The notes under the pieces were generated by a model. That model saw only the letters and a list, made by a program, of their open reading frames with translations, searched no databases and had not been told where the DNA came from. This document shows positions 1-9,700 of a stretch of DNA of 61,902 nt, piece by piece. Origin of the DNA: Deltaproteobacteria bacterium. GTDB taxonomy: Bacteria > Myxococcota > B64-G9. The stretch's first letter is position 1, and each line of letters begins with the position of its first letter. Location: positions 1-61,902 of the forward strand of contig JAUXGL010000003.1 in the NCBI GenBank assembly GCA_030622135.1. The letters are read 5' to 3'. Made by a program: the position numbers and the translations under genes.

Positions 1-46
1 GGTGTGCGATCCGGCCTGCGTGCTGCCCCAAATCTGCGTGGACTAG
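1..46 (+). CDS. 3' end (partial) of a cysteine-rich secreted lipoprotein paralog; runs off the window start
   Basis: nt 1-105 match nt 452-556 at 104/105 positions (hand alignment). This covers the last 14 codons + TAG of the 138..497 gene plus its terminator. Frame begins at nt 2. Confidence 0.6.
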   Translation, partial: VCDPACVLPQICVD

Positions 47-78
47 AAGTCTCTGAGTATTCTGCATGGCTGTAATGT

Positions 79-103
79 CCCACGGCGACGTGGGGTTTTT
101 TTT
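79..103 (+). terminator. Rho-independent terminator
   Basis: CCCACG-GCGA-CGTGGG hairpin (79-94) followed by T8 (96-103), about 30 nt after the TAG at 44-46. Confidence 0.7.
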
Positions 104-137
104 ATCCTGTAACTAGTATCGAATAGGAGGAAGCAAA

Positions 138-497
138 ATGAAAAAGTTGGTGGTTATCTTCTCGTTATTGGCAGTTTGCGGTTTCGTGCTCGGCGCCTGC
201 GGCGACGACGACAACGGTGGCACTAGCGGGCCCCACTGCGTGGATCCGCCTGCAACGTGTGATCCTGACTGCACGGCACCCGAGATTTGTTGCGGCACCA
301 CCTGCCAGGAGATTAAGGTCTGCGAGCCGGTCTGCGAAGCGACTCATTGGTGCAATCCATGTGATGCCACCTGCATAAAGTTGTGCGATCCGCCGGCCTG
401 CAACCCTGACGGGACTGAGTGGTGTGATGACGGCACCTGCAAGACCATCCCGGTGTGCGATCCGGCCTGCGTGCTGCCCCAAATCTGCGTGGACTAG
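138..497 (+). CDS. cysteine-rich secreted lipoprotein (hypothetical)
   Basis: Signal peptide with lipobox (LLAVCGFVLGAC). The mature part is dominated by C-x-x-x-C / CDP repeats. AGGAGG lies upstream of the ATG. Confidence 0.75.
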   Translation: MKKLVVIFSLLAVCGFVLGACGDDDNGGTSGPHCVDPPATCDPDCTAPEICCGTTCQEIKVCEPVCEATHWCNPCDATCIKLCDPPACNPDGTEWCDDGTCKTIPVCDPACVLPQICVD

Positions 498-528
498 AAG
501 TCTCTGAGTATTCTGCATGGCTGTAATG

Positions 529-554
529 CCCCACGGCGACGTGGGGTTTTTTTT
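529..554 (+). terminator. Rho-independent terminator
   Basis: CCCCACG-GCGA-CGTGGGG hairpin (529-546) followed by T8 (547-554), about 30 nt after the TAG at 495-497. Confidence 0.8.
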
Positions 555-616
555 ATTACGACTGTGTCAACCCGCCAGTTGCATAAACGTAAGCCGCTCG
601 ATGGCTCCAAGACGCG

Positions 617-955
617 CTAGTCTTTCAACTCTATCAATTTCCCCGCGCACATCTGGCGGATGAACAGGGCCAGCCGGTCCCATAGCGGCTCGATGTCGTC
701 GCCGAAGCGATCCTTCAGTCTTTTTCCGATGTCGGCTACGGCGCTCTCGCCGTCGAAGCCCAGCCAGACGGCCGAGCCGATCTTATCCAGATGAAGCTGA
801 TAGCAGGGCTTCTTCAGCCGGCGCTGGACCCAACCCATCCAGCGCGAGCGAAAGCGGGGAATCTGGACGACGACCAAGTCGCCCTCCATCCGGTGCTCCA
901 CTAAGCGCACCGGGCGGAGCTCAAGAAGATTTCGGGGATCTTTCTTTCGAGCCAT
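617..955 (-). CDS. PqqD-family (RRE-like) small protein
   Basis: 112 aa. The segment LDKIGSAVWLGFDGESAVADIGKRLKDRFGDD...LALFIRQMCAGKLIEL resembles the PqqD peptide-chaperone fold signature. Starts 11 nt downstream of the OPT gene. Confidence 0.6.
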   Translation of the reverse strand: MARKKDPRNLLELRPVRLVEHRMEGDLVVVQIPRFRSRWMGWVQRRLKKPCYQLHLDKIGSAVWLGFDGESAVADIGKRLKDRFGDDIEPLWDRLALFIRQMCAGKLIELKD

Positions 956-966
956 GCCGACTTCAG

Positions 967-3291
967 CTAGGAGTCCTTACTCTCGGGCGGAGACGGACCG
1001 GAGCCCTCCCCCTCTTTCTTCGAACCCTTCAGTGACGTGCGCACCATGTAGAACCCAAGCCCGAAGATCACCAAGAAACCCAGCCAGGCCTGCCCGAACC
1101 ACCCGGGAGCCCGGCCCACCAGAGTGGTATCGGCTGTCGTTCGCAGGGCGGTGATCTTGCCCTTGATTTTCTCCGGTGTTACGCCCTCGGCTATTTTCGC
1201 GTCGATCTCTTTTTCGACCAGCTCCGCATCCGCCACAACCAGCATCCGGCGCAGCAATGCCGGGTCCGTGGCAACCCGTTCGGCCCGTTCATCCTCGCCG
1301 CCCTGGATCTGCTCCACCTGGGCCAGTACGTTCCGGGCCTGCTCCACCTTGTTTACAAATCCTTCGTCGGGAAGCAGCTTGATCCCCATGGCAACGGTCC
1401 CGGCAATCAGGATCCCCAGCAAGGCCTCCCCGGCCACCAGACCGGAGGCAACCAGCAAGCCCCGGTTCTCCACGGTTTTGGCGACCTTTTTGTCCTTTTC
1501 GGCCCGCTTCTTGGCGATACTGTCCAAAATCCACTTGATGATCCCGCCCGTGAAGATGGCCAGGGTGGTCTGGAAGGGCAGATACATACCCACGGCGATC
1601 AACATGGGAGAGGGGCTCTGGATCAGGATCAGGGCCAAGGCGAAAAACATGCCGATGACGATCAATTCCCAGGGCATCTGGCCGCTGATGATCCCGTCGG
1701 CCATGGTGGCCATCAAGCCGGCCTGGGGCGCCGGCAAGGCGTCCGACCCGATACCGCCGCCGTACTCGTGCAGCAGCATGATCGGAAGCACCAAAACCAG
1801 CGCGGCCGCGATTACCCCGATGATGCCGCCGATCTCCATACGCCACGGGGTACCGCCAAGGTTGTGGCCGACTTTCCAGTCCTGAATCATGTCGCCGGCC
1901 ACGCCGGCCACACAGCAAATTACCGTGGCCACGCCCAACACCGCCAGCACTCCGGCGGCCCAGGCCGCGGTGCCCTTATCCCCGCCCATCCCCAACATGA
2001 CCAGCAAGCCGGCGGCGATCAGCAGAGTAGAGAGGGTCAAACCCGAAATCGGGTTCGAGGAGGAACCGATAATGCTCACCAGGTAGCCGGCCACGGCCGC
2101 GAACAGGAAGCCGGCGATGGCCATGACGATCATGGTGATGACGGAGATACCGATGCTATCACACAGCCAGTAGTACAGCCCCAGCATGAGCGACAGCATA
2201 ACGGCGATGGCTATTAACACGGTCTTGAAACTCAGATCCTTCTCGGTGCGCTTCTCGACCACGCCACCGGCGCCACCGATCCCCTTGATCGAGCGGCCGA
2301 TACCGGTAATGAGGCTACCGCGCATCTTGTAGAGGGTAAAAAAGGCCCCGACGATCATGGCCCCGATGGCTATCATCTTGATGTTGTCGCTGTAGAACCC
2401 CTTGAGCCCACCGAAGGCGACCCCGGTGCCGCCATACAAACTCTCCCATCTGGCCACCGAGAGCCCGTCATAAAGAGCACCCCAGTTGCCCTCGGCGATC
2501 AGCTTCTTGAGCGCGACTGAAGTGTTCGAGTCGAACAAGGCCCGCACAAACAGGGCCACCGGCATCAAGAACATCCAGCCGAAGATGCCCCCGGCCGCGG
2601 TGATGGCCGAAAGCTTGGGACCGATGATGAATCCCACCCCCAGAAAGGCCGGGGAGCATGTGGGGGTCACATATGGGAAAGTACCATTTTCTCCGATGGT
2701 GAAGGCGCCCTTGATGTTTTCCTTGACGATGGCAATTCCGTTGGCATTCTTGAAAAACTCGATTACGGCAGCCAACCCCATGGCAACGAACACCGGGCCC
2801 GCTCCGCTGGAGCCTTTCTGGCCGGCCTTGACGATCTCGGTGCAGGCCTGACTCTCTGGAAACGGCAGGTTCTTGTCTTCCATGAACGTTCGCCGGAGCA
2901 AAATCACCATCAAAACGCCCAGGACACCGCCGACCAGCAGCAGTGCCGTTGAAGTGACATAGTCGAATTCGGTCCAGAGACCGGTCAGGATGAAGGCCGG
3001 GATGGTGAAGATTGCGCCGGCGGCCAGGGCTTCGCCGACCGCCCCGGTGGTCCGGGCGATGTTTTCCTCCAGAATGGTTCCCTTCAGGGGGCGCAGCACC
3101 GCCATGGCAATGACCGCCGCCGGAAAGGTGGCCGCCACGGTCATTCCGGCCTTCAGGCCCAAATAGGCGTTGGCCGCACCCAGTATCACCGCCATGACGA
3201 TACCGAGCAACAACGCCTTCAGGCTCAGTTCTTTCATGTCCGTATCGACGGGCACGTACGGTTTGAACTCTTCCGCCCCGGGTTCGCTCAT
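967..3291 (-). CDS. OPT-family oligopeptide transporter
   Basis: 774-aa polytopic ORF. The N-terminal KELSLKALLLGIVMAVILGAANAYLGLKAGMTVAATFPAAV is the typical OPT-family start, followed by many Gly-rich TM helices. Confidence 0.85.
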   Translation of the reverse strand: MSEPGAEEFKPYVPVDTDMKELSLKALLLGIVMAVILGAANAYLGLKAGMTVAATFPAAVIAMAVLRPLKGTILEENIARTTGAVGEALAAGAIFTIPAFILTGLWTEFDYVTSTALLLVGGVLGVLMVILLRRTFMEDKNLPFPESQACTEIVKAGQKGSSGAGPVFVAMGLAAVIEFFKNANGIAIVKENIKGAFTIGENGTFPYVTPTCSPAFLGVGFIIGPKLSAITAAGGIFGWMFLMPVALFVRALFDSNTSVALKKLIAEGNWGALYDGLSVARWESLYGGTGVAFGGLKGFYSDNIKMIAIGAMIVGAFFTLYKMRGSLITGIGRSIKGIGGAGGVVEKRTEKDLSFKTVLIAIAVMLSLMLGLYYWLCDSIGISVITMIVMAIAGFLFAAVAGYLVSIIGSSSNPISGLTLSTLLIAAGLLVMLGMGGDKGTAAWAAGVLAVLGVATVICCVAGVAGDMIQDWKVGHNLGGTPWRMEIGGIIGVIAAALVLVLPIMLLHEYGGGIGSDALPAPQAGLMATMADGIISGQMPWELIVIGMFFALALILIQSPSPMLIAVGMYLPFQTTLAIFTGGIIKWILDSIAKKRAEKDKKVAKTVENRGLLVASGLVAGEALLGILIAGTVAMGIKLLPDEGFVNKVEQARNVLAQVEQIQGGEDERAERVATDPALLRRMLVVADAELVEKEIDAKIAEGVTPEKIKGKITALRTTADTTLVGRAPGWFGQAWLGFLVIFGLGFYMVRTSLKGSKKEGEGSGPSPPESKDS

Positions 3292-3378
3292 GGTTCACCT
3301 CGGCTGGTTTCGTTTCAATTACAGATGGTTGGAGGTACCACGCGACTGCAATCGAGTCAAGGAAAACGGCAGCTATCG

Positions 3379-3422
3379 GCAATTAGCCTTTGGCTGTCAG
3401 CTAACGACCAAAGGCTAATTGC
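3379..3422. repeat. perfect 15-bp inverted repeat (hairpin/operator candidate)
   Basis: GCAATTAGCCTTTGG (3379-3393), a 14-nt loop, then CCAAAGGCTAATTGC (3408-3422). Lies in the divergent intergenic region between the OPT gene and the ATPase gene. Confidence 0.8.
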
Positions 3423-3548
3423 TAGGGGCAAGGGCATCCGACGACCTACCTGAGTGTGAGCTTCATTGCAGCTATCCGATGACGTAACTTGATTCCAATA
3501 GAATTCGATGCCATCATTACTAACAGCAAGCCAAAGGGGAATAGAGAA

Positions 3549-4631
3549 ATGGGTAAGCCTATTATCCACAGATTACGAGTGAAGAAGTACGGTTGCCTCC
3601 AAGACGTTGAAATTCCATTAACTCCACTGCATGCGCTCATTGGGCCTAACGATAGCGGTAAGAGCACGGTCCTGAGGGCTGTGCGAACAATCGTTCAGCT
3701 GTCAGCATCATATTTCCATGGAGGATTGAATGCGCTACGTCCATTCGACCCAATGACCAATGACGAGAAAAGGGATTTTGAGATCGACGCCGTTCTTCAC
3801 CCCATTAAGCCTTCTGTAGAATATCGCATTCAACGAAAGGGAAATAAGCTTGTTGAGTCTCTTTTTGTGGAGGGGAACCGACACAAAAGCGAGGAGCGAG
3901 AATGGACCGAGAAAACGAGAATACCGATTCCAGCAGTGTTGCCCGGCCCCTTTCAAAAATACGTGAGTCCGCTCGAGGGTTCACGATTGCTACGTTTCGA
4001 TCCCGACGTGCTCAGAAAACCGTCTCGTTTAATACGGAATGAAGAGTTTGTCGACTTCTTCGATGAACGCGGATATGGCCTAGCCGGCATACTAGATGCC
4101 GTTCTTAACCGAGGTGATGATTCCTTTGGCAGTCTTACCAACCAAGTTCGCGATCTTTTTCCTGTAGTTAAACACGTTCGCCTGAAGGTACTATCAGATA
4201 ATACCAAGGAACTTGAGTTTGTGCTTATCTCTGGAGAAAGTGTTCGGGCACCATTTATAAGCGAAGGATTGCTTTTCTATTTGGGCTTTGCGTGTATTCC
4301 ATATCTCTTGCCAACGTCTGTTTTGTTAGTTGAGGAGCCGGAGAATGGATTTCACCCTGCCCGTATACGTGATGTGGTCAAGGTCCTTCGTAAGATCTCT
4401 AAACAGACGCAAGTCCTGATCGCTACACATAGCCCGCTCGTGGTCAACGAGCTTGCTCCAGAAGAGGTGACGGTTCTTACACGATCGGATGATGAAGGCA
4501 CAAGAGCCAGACCAATTACCAACACACGCAATTTCGAGGAACGCTCAAAAGTGTACGAACTCGGCGAGCTTTGGCTAAGCTACGCCAATGGTGAAGATGA
4601 GGGTCCATTATTCAATCCGGAGAAAGGATGA
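3549..4631 (+). CDS. ABC-type (AAA_21/OLD-like) ATPase
   Basis: Walker A GPNDSGKST, signature-like FISEGLLFYLG, Walker B VLLVEEPENGFHP and H-loop IATHSPLVV. I chose the internal ATG at 3549 (GGGGA upstream) over the ORF-track start at 3489. Confidence 0.8.
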   Translation: MGKPIIHRLRVKKYGCLQDVEIPLTPLHALIGPNDSGKSTVLRAVRTIVQLSASYFHGGLNALRPFDPMTNDEKRDFEIDAVLHPIKPSVEYRIQRKGNKLVESLFVEGNRHKSEEREWTEKTRIPIPAVLPGPFQKYVSPLEGSRLLRFDPDVLRKPSRLIRNEEFVDFFDERGYGLAGILDAVLNRGDDSFGSLTNQVRDLFPVVKHVRLKVLSDNTKELEFVLISGESVRAPFISEGLLFYLGFACIPYLLPTSVLLVEEPENGFHPARIRDVVKVLRKISKQTQVLIATHSPLVVNELAPEEVTVLTRSDDEGTRARPITNTRNFEERSKVYELGELWLSYANGEDEGPLFNPEKG

Positions 4632-5236
4632 AGAAGGTCTTTATTGCCGGCGAGGGACCCAATGATCTGGGTTCCTGGGCCAAAGAACCGCAGGATAGAG
4701 AACCCTCATACCCCGGAGTAGTTGAATCTTTGCTCCTTCGAGTAAATCCATCTGGCTGGATGGTGTCCGGTTCCAGGCGCTGGAAACATATTCGAAAGTA
4801 TGTTGCCAACAGTCCAGCTCCCACGGAAAAACGTAACGTGCTGGGTATTGCCTTGGAAGCAGTTGAGTCTGGTTGTGATGTGCTTGCATTTGTACGCGAC
4901 CGAGATGGTCCCAAGAACAGGAAGAGGCAGCAAGATATTGAAGAAGGAGTCCAGGAAGCCCAGGAGATGCATGGCCAGACGCTGTGTATCATTGGAGGTA
5001 TGGCCATCGAAAGAATTGAATCCTGGTTGTGCGCTCTCCTCTGTGGGGCCAAGTCTGAAAAAATGGGAAAGAGCAAAGTCGATGAATTTCTGGCAGGGAA
5101 AGTAGTTAAGTTGAAAGACACTTCATCAATGGTCGATGTTGTCGAGAACGCCGAGCTGGACAAGATTCCTCGCGACGCAGTATCTCTTCGCAGCTGGCTT
5201 GATGCGGCAAATGCATCACTTTGTGAGTCAACTTAA
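4628..5236 (+). CDS. DUF4276/RloB-like Toprim-fold protein (putative nuclease partner of the ATPase)
   Basis: 202 aa with an ATGA start/stop overlap with the ATPase gene. Toprim-like motifs: VFIAGEG (Glu), AFVRDRDG (DxD) and ERIESWLCALL. Confidence 0.55.
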   Translation: MKKVFIAGEGPNDLGSWAKEPQDREPSYPGVVESLLLRVNPSGWMVSGSRRWKHIRKYVANSPAPTEKRNVLGIALEAVESGCDVLAFVRDRDGPKNRKRQQDIEEGVQEAQEMHGQTLCIIGGMAIERIESWLCALLCGAKSEKMGKSKVDEFLAGKVVKLKDTSSMVDVVENAELDKIPRDAVSLRSWLDAANASLCEST

Positions 5237-5248
5237 CAAACCCCACTT

Positions 5249-6121
5249 TTATTGACTGTCGCGGACACGTATGCTTCTAAAAGATCGCTGCATAAGCAAC
5301 GCGTCTTCTTCCAGGTTCGGGCTCTCGCAGATCAAGACACCGCCGGCGCCATGGCTCTTGAGGGCCTTGAGCAAATCGCGGTATTTGAAATCGGATTCTT
5401 TCAGTAGTAAATGACGCCGCTCGCCTTTCCGAGTGTACTCGATCCCGCTCACGTGCAGGTGCAAATCCGACAGGGCCGACTTGCCCAGCACCCGGGCATA
5501 GCGCTTCAACGTCTCCTCGAACTCCGCCAAGCTGTTTTGCGCCCCGGTACGGGCGTGGAAGTGAGAAAAATCGATGCAGGGAAAGACGCCCTCGATCTCA
5601 TTGGAGAGGGCCAGCAACTCCTCCAGATCCCCGTACTGGGAGGGCTTCCCGGTCAACTCGGGCCGGACCTGGACTTTGATCTTCTCCCGGTCGAGCGTGT
5701 CCATGATCCCGGCCAGGGCGTCCTGGACCACCCGGTGGACCTTTTGGGGATCCTGCTTCATGTAGAAGGCCGCGTGAAAGGTAATGGATCCGGCCCCGAC
5801 TCGGTGGGCCGCCCGGGCCGTGTCCAGGATCCTCTTGACGCTGGCCTGCCGCTTCTCTTTTTCCTGAGAGTTGAGATTGATGTAGTAGGGACCGTGGCAG
5901 GTGAGCCTGATTCCGTTTTCCTCGGCCACCCGCCGGACCCGGTCGGCCATCTCGTCGCGGATACGCACACCGTAGACGAACTCAAGCTCCATGGCCCCGA
6001 GCCCCAACTCGGCAATCCTGGAAACACCGGCGGCGGGATCGCTACCCTTGGAGGAATGGGGCACACCGGCGGTGCCGAAAAGCATGCCGGCTTTCTGCCG
6101 GCCGCGGCCGCCCGGGCTCAC
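5249..6121 (-). CDS. TIM-barrel AP-endonuclease family 2 / endonuclease IV-like (xylose-isomerase-like fold) protein
   Basis: Motifs LTCHGPYYINL, ITFHAAFY, RPELTG, IDFSHFH, HLHVSG. The GTG at 6121 overlaps the upstream stop (GTGA). An alternative ATG lies at 6085. Confidence 0.65.
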   Translation of the reverse strand: MSPGGRGRQKAGMLFGTAGVPHSSKGSDPAAGVSRIAELGLGAMELEFVYGVRIRDEMADRVRRVAEENGIRLTCHGPYYINLNSQEKEKRQASVKRILDTARAAHRVGAGSITFHAAFYMKQDPQKVHRVVQDALAGIMDTLDREKIKVQVRPELTGKPSQYGDLEELLALSNEIEGVFPCIDFSHFHARTGAQNSLAEFEETLKRYARVLGKSALSDLHLHVSGIEYTRKGERRHLLLKESDFKYRDLLKALKSHGAGGVLICESPNLEEDALLMQRSFRSIRVRDSQ

Positions 6122-6717
6122 CAGCCCTGGTCCTTTTGCTTATTGATTACCGAAAAGTTGATGGTGGTCAGCCAGGTGGGCTCACTCCTGGGACCGCTGA
6201 GGACGATGGCCCGGTTGACTTCGTCCAGGCTGTACACCCAGGTAGCCGGATAGCGAATCTCCAACTGGAGATCGGGGGAGCGCAGGACCTTCTCGTCCGC
6301 CTGCTTGACCACCGTGAGCGATCCGGCGTAGCGAACCACCTTCAGTTTCTTCAGCACTGACTGAAACACGGGGTATCCGGCCTCGAAGAGTTGGTTCTCG
6401 TCGGGCGCCGTGTAGTGAATCACCACAAATAGCGAGGGCAGGTCCACCACGTAGATGATCCCGCGGCGCCGCTGACCGCCATGCAGCCAGGTGGCCTCCA
6501 TGCGTACCGCCGGGTACCCGCACAGGCCCACCTCCAGTTGCTTCTCCAGCTTGAACCCGTCCAGTTCTCCAAACACCGAAAGAACAATCTCCCGCGCCCA
6601 GGCCAGCGTGTGCCGATCGTCCTTATCCCCCTGCCGGAGTGGCTGATTGTCCGAACAGGAAACCCCCGCTCCCGCGGCTATCGAGAGGGCCAGGATGAAG
6701 ACGAGCGTACCTTTCAT
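6118..6717 (-). CDS. hypothetical lipoprotein
   Basis: 199 aa with signal peptide + lipobox MKGTLVFILALSIAAGAGVSC. No recognisable catalytic motif. Confidence 0.6.
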   Translation of the reverse strand: MKGTLVFILALSIAAGAGVSCSDNQPLRQGDKDDRHTLAWAREIVLSVFGELDGFKLEKQLEVGLCGYPAVRMEATWLHGGQRRRGIIYVVDLPSLFVVIHYTAPDENQLFEAGYPVFQSVLKKLKVVRYAGSLTVVKQADEKVLRSPDLQLEIRYPATWVYSLDEVNRAIVLSGPRSEPTWLTTINFSVINKQKDQGW

Positions 6718-6729
6718 CGCGACGGATGC

Positions 6730-9700
6730 CTACTCCCAGGAAACCATACGAACGCGGTAATCTTCCGACCACAGAACGGTTATCGTCAGATCCGGATTAA
6801 CCAACAGGCACGGCTGCTTGCTGTCGATGTCCGGTATCCCATCGGAGAGGATTTCGGGCGTGACACTCCAGGCTCCGGCCGGAGGCTTCTGGAAGTGGTG
6901 GATCTCGGCGTAAGTCCCCGTGCTGTCCTCCACTACCGCGTGAAGGCTATCACCGGCATCCGCCACCAGATCCAGCGCCTCGGGAGCCGCCGCGGTGGCC
7001 GTGGGCGCAGTGCCCGCGGCCCACCCGGAGGCGTCCCGGTAGGCATACTTGAGAGTGGTGTCCCACCAGAGCGCGTGGAGAACGCCCAGTCCATCCGAGG
7101 CCAGGGACACCAGAGTGCCCGTGCCGGCCACGGCGACCGTCCCGCCGTCGTTCCAGGCGCCTCCATCAAACCAGGCGTGAACCAGGTCGGTGCCGTTAAT
7201 GAAAACGATATGGAAATTGCCGGAAGGATCCACGGCGCCGGACACGCTGCCGGCGTTGGTGCCGGCGGTCAATACGTCTCCGGCGGTCCCCCAAACGCCC
7301 GCGGGAGACCGGGTGTTGTAACGAACCGCACCGCCGGTGCTCCAGGCGGTTATCACGGTCCCGCCGGCCAGCAGTCCAACCGCCGGCCGGGCATCCATGC
7401 TCTCTCCGGCCACGGTTTCAACGGCCGACCAGGTGTCGTGCTTGCCGCTGGTGTACAGGATGGCACTATCGGCCACGCCGGCGTCCAGGCAGACCAGGTG
7501 GTAGGTTCCCGCGCCGTCCCCGGCGATCTCCGGCAGGGATGAATCATTAGAAGAGGTGTCACTGAGGTTGAAAAAGCCCACCAGCGACCCGCCCACCCGG
7601 GCCTCGCCGAGGATCTCCAGGTCGGTGGCCAGCGGATCCGTCTCGGTCCAGACCACCTGGACGTCCCCGTTCGACTCGGTGGCCGCCCGGGGGAAGACTG
7701 AAGGAACCGAACCGGGCGTGTCCGAGTTCCAGATGACCGGAGCGGTCCAACCACGCTCGTCGCCGTTAATCGTGAGTATGGGAGTGTTGGAGTCATGGGA
7801 ACCGACCGTGACCGTCACCGGTCCGGTTACCACGTCGCTGGTCACGTCCACGTTGATCTGCGTATCGGTCCAATCGGTATCTGTGACCGTGAAGACCGGA
7901 GCGGTTCCGGTGAAGGTGATGGTGTCCACGGTGGAGCCAAAACCGCTTCCGGTGATTACGATGCCGGCGGGAAGCGCGATCGTGTTCGGAGTTATGGCAT
8001 CGATGTGGGGTGTCACGTCAAAGACGGCGGTGGTGGAGAAGGTGGAGTCGTTGGTCAGCGTCACCGTCATGGTGCCGGTACTTCCCGCCGGGACCGCCGC
8101 CACGATCGCGGTGTCCGACCAGCTCAGGACGGTGGCAACCGTGGCGCCGAACTCCACCGTCCCGGTGCCCTGGGCCGCCCCGAAGTTGGTTCCGTCGATG
8201 GAAACGATGGCACCCACCGGGGCCGCCGGCGGGCGGAAGCCGCTGACCGTCGGACAGGCCGGGCAGGGCAGCAACTGGTCGACCTGGTTGGACATCCCCG
8301 ACTCGTTGCCCTTGTCGTCGGTCGTCTTCATGCGGATGTAGTAATGGTGCCCCTGGGTCAGCCCGGTGTCGATGGTAACCGTCTCGGTACTGCCGGCCGC
8401 CTGGGGCGCGGTGGGAAGATCGCCGAACTGCGTGGCCGCAGTCCACTCGGCGTCGCCGGCGATGGGCGCCTCGGCGAAGCGAATATCGTAGGCGGTCACG
8501 GTGCCGACGTTCCCGTCGTCTCCCGGGGCGGTCCACTGCAGGGAGATGGAAACCTCGTCGAAGGCCGTCATGGCGAGATCGACGATATCCTCGGGGGAAA
8601 CAATATCCGTTGGCGTGGCCGTGGGGCTGTTGGAGACATTCACCGACCAGTTGTTTTGTTCGTCCATCGTCTTCAGCGCGAAGTGGTACTGCGTGTCCGG
8701 CGTCAGCCCGGTGACGTCGAAGGTCTCCGCGGAACCCGGCGCCTGGGGGGCGGGCTCGCCGGTCACCTCGGTGGCCGCGGCCCAGTTGGCGGCGCCGATG
8801 GGCGTGGCCCCCTCCAGGTAGCGGATGTCGTAAGCGGTGGCCGTGTTCAGCCCGGTGCTCACATCCTCGGCGGGAGCCGTCCAGGCAAGCCGCACGGCGG
8901 TTTCGCCGGCCACCACCGCCGCCAGATCGATCACGTCCGCGGGCGGATCGGTGTCGGGTATGCCCACCTGCAAAGTTACCACATTGGAAATCGGCGACTC
9001 GTTGGGCACCTCGTCGTAGGCCTTCAGGGCGAAAGTGTAGGTGGCGCCGGTGGTCAAGCCGCCGATGGTGGTCGTATCCGTGCCGCCGGCCACCTGGGGA
9101 GCGGGAGGATTGGTGTCGATGGTCGCCGTGGCCCAGTTGGTATCGAAATCGGACTCGTTGTGGGTCCCTTGCAGGTAGCGGATATCGTAGTGATCGGCGG
9201 TGCCGATATCATCGTCGTCCCCCGGGGCGGTCCAATCGAGCGTCACCGAAGTATCGTCGCTGCTCGGCGACCTCAGATCGGTAACCTTGGCGGGAGCGAT
9301 CACGTCCGCGGGGGTGGCATCCACGGAGTTAGATAGCATCGACCAGTTGGGAACCTCGTCGCCGGTCTTCATGCCGAAGTAGTACTGCTGACCCTCGGTC
9401 AAGCCGGTAACCGTAAAGGTCTCGGCACTGCCCGCCGCCTGGGGAGTGGGCTCGCCGGCGGCTTCGGTGACCGTGGCCCAGTTGGTATCGTCGATGGCGG
9501 TCGAGCCGGCCAGGTAGCGAACGTCGTAGACCGTGGCGGTCCCGGCGCTTCCGTCATCGCCGGAGGCCGTCCAGGAAAGCGTCACCGTGGTGTCGGTCAC
9601 CGAGTATACCGCCAAGATGGAGGCTCCCGGAGCGGTGGTGTCGACGCCGCCGGTGGTAACGATGGCCTCGTTGGAAACCGCCGACCGGTTCCCTCTGTCG

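Noticed and set aside
7795-9336. 513-aa plus-strand ORF, together with other long ORFs (7556..8341, 6481..7542, 9721..10365) inside the Fn3 lipoprotein gene
   Set aside because: They are antisense or alternate frames of a strongly supported repeat-domain gene. The Arg/Gly/His/Pro-rich, motif-free composition is typical of spurious ORFs in high-GC DNA.
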